A stretch of 63,825 nucleotides of DNA, the filler included, from Rhabdomonas costata (Eukaryota): assembly GCA_019059605.1 (NCBI GenBank). It is 27 parts of 27 records of this genome, joined end to end, with 100 filler letters (N's around TTAATTAATTAA, not from the genome) between each part and the next. Parts side by side here need not be neighbours in the genome. Positions count along the whole stretch, not along the records: positions 61,559 to 63,825 come from JAHMHO010004410.1; 26 more parts are not named here. One strand, 5' to 3'. Position 1 is the first letter of the stretch, and the number at the start of each line of letters is the position of its first letter. Under the pieces are notes generated by a model. The model was not told the origin of the DNA and ran no database searches. It saw nothing but the letters and a program-made list of their open reading frames with translations. Both the position numbers and the translations under genes were made by a program. Of the stretch, positions 62,148-63,825 are shown piece after piece.

Positions 62148-63314
62148 CGTGACGATGGTGTTCGCCAACGGGGTGCGGTACCGGGGGTGTAGCTTGGAGA
62201 AGACGTGAGGCAGCAGCCCGTCGCTGGCCATCACGTAAAACACCCGGGTCTGCCCCAGAAGGGTAACCAGGATCACAGAAGAGAGCCCCGCAATGGCACC
62301 TGTTTTATGGGTGCAGGAGTGAGCCAGGAGAGGGAGGGGAGTGGAAACACATCCATATCCATTTCTCCCCAGTGCTGCTGAGTCCATCCCATTGCATATG
62401 GTGAGGTGTAGTGACGAGGGATTAGTACAGAGTCGACATCTGGGCACGCTTGCAGCCATGGGCATTAGCCTGCGCCGTGAGTTGCACAAGCAAATGATGG
62501 AGAAAGTGGCAGGTAGAACCTCCCCCCCCCGCCCAAAGCGGAAGTAACAAACCCACTGCTGCTTGGCAACTGCCCTCCGCAATCTGGGATTCAGACCGGA
62601 ACCGACCGTCCAGGCATCACTGCTGTGTCGACACCCGAAGCGAAGCTGGGGAAGTTGGTTTTTCTGCCGGCGCCGATTCTGTGCAGGCTCTTCTCTCCGC
62701 AGGGCTTGCGCTGGTCGCTATTGCCTTGATGGTCCGCAAACGTGTCACAGAGCTTTCCATCTGCAGCAGATAAATTGCTGGTGCGATAATTTAATAATAA
62801 TATAATAATATTAATTGTAATAAAGGTAAATAAGCATGGGCAGCTGGGAACACTCTTTTACGAGGGCCGTTCAGTCCCACATCAGTCACACATCCAGCCA
62901 GAGCGTACAAAGATATCACTTGTCAACCCTCCCCTCTCCACCGAAAGAAGATCCTTGCGTTTGCAATGCATCTCTTTCCGTCCAAGATCCAAGGAATTGC
63001 CCACAACACAGCGAACGCGTTCCCCGAACCATTCTCAGCACATGTTCGCAGTTCAACACAAGCAAAAGGGAAAATGAAAATTTTTCGTCAGAGGAAGCGA
63101 TGGTTCTTCAGCTGCCCAACCTGAAACGCGACGTCCTTCAACGGCATCGGACCGTTTCAACCTCGCGCGAGAGGGAAAAGGGCACAGCATATACCAACTT
63201 GCACGACAACGGTCAGCCACTTGAGTTGAGGCACAGCTTCAAGGGCCACACTCATAGGGTCCGGGCGGTTGAGCTTGGTGTAGCTGACCAGTCCGCACAG
63301 CACAATGGACACCG
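62148..63314 (-). CDS. APC-family (cationic) amino-acid permease, two internal exons (63314-63195, 62299-62148)
   Basis: AVSIVLCGLVSYTKLNRPDPMSVAL...VVQV|GAIAGLSSVILVTLLGQTRVFYVMASDGLLPHVFSKLHPRYRTP. The GQxRxxYxMxxDGLLP and HPxxxTP motifs are present. Confidence 0.93.
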
Positions 63315-63825
63315 CTGTGGCGTGAGCGTGTGAGTGAGGATTAGATCAGGTTGGGGTGAGGCGGCCAGCGAAAAAGGAGCCCCGGTTGTGTGTGTGCGTA
63401 TGTGCGTGTTGGGCGCATTGCGCGCTGGCAGTTGCCTGGTTGACTGTTGGTGACCCACTGTGGGCTGATGGGCGCACGCGCTGTTGGCCACGGGTGCTCG
63501 CGAGAGGTGCCGTTGGAGAGAACGGTGCCGTGGGGAACCGGAACCGGATCAACGCCGAACCTTAAACATATGGGAACCTCCCTTCTGCCCCATGGGTCCC
63601 GGGTCTTTGTCGCACAGCTGCTCTTTTCCAGCGGCTACCAGCATTGCTCCATTGCTGCTCAGGTCTGTGAGACTCCACACTCCTTCCTCTCTTTCTGTTT
63701 TATCGAATTTCTACACACACACACACACAAAGCGCATGTGAAGACATGAAATCGAAGGGGGACTTCGTCAGCGAACAAATAATTACTCTCGCTTGCTGTT
63801 GTCCACACGTCTTTCAAACAAACCC

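Noticed and set aside
3389..63314. Euglenid non-conventional (non-GT-AG) introns
   Set aside because: Every junction that could be resolved is explained by GT-AG, or possibly GC-AG. Unrecognised genes could still hide some.
1..63825. Gene clustering across the window (e.g. INO1, gamma-CA and GH81 as neighbours)
   Set aside because: The genes lie on separate contigs, so their adjacency is artificial.

Overview
This window is not one locus. It is 27 unrelated contigs of about 2.26-2.27 kb each, apparently size-sorted, joined by artificial 100-bp spacers (N44-TTAATTAATTAA-N44), so adjacency across spacers means nothing. The DNA is an intron-rich eukaryotic nuclear genome, most likely a euglenid (inference): donor sites are mostly GTGYG/GTTTG rather than GTRAGT, and a GH81 beta-1,3-glucanase is present. 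Spliced gene fragments reconstructed by hand, with exon phases matching where several exons are present: aldo-keto reductase, thioredoxin, cystathionine beta-lyase-like enzyme, PSI-repeat protein, INO1, gamma-carbonic-anhydrase-like protein, GH81 glucanase, SLC35F6-like transporter, ankyrin protein, presequence protease, oligopeptidase B, transportin first exon and an APC amino-acid permease. Decayed mobile elements: a DIRS/Ngaro-like RT, a CRE/SLACS-like non-LTR element, Ty3/gypsy RT and integrase remnants, and a Merlin/IS1595 transposase. The most unusual segment is 42.6-44.9 kb: an intron-free tandem pair of degenerate MAP2K-like and MAPK-like kinases, separated by an AT-rich spacer with an AAAATTGA motif and fused to the Merlin transposase. 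It is a candidate endogenous giant-virus fragment or transposon-captured kinase module, but this is unproven. Several contig starts carry perfect fold-backs typical of whole-genome-amplification chimeras. All product calls come from motif recognition by eye; no database search was run.
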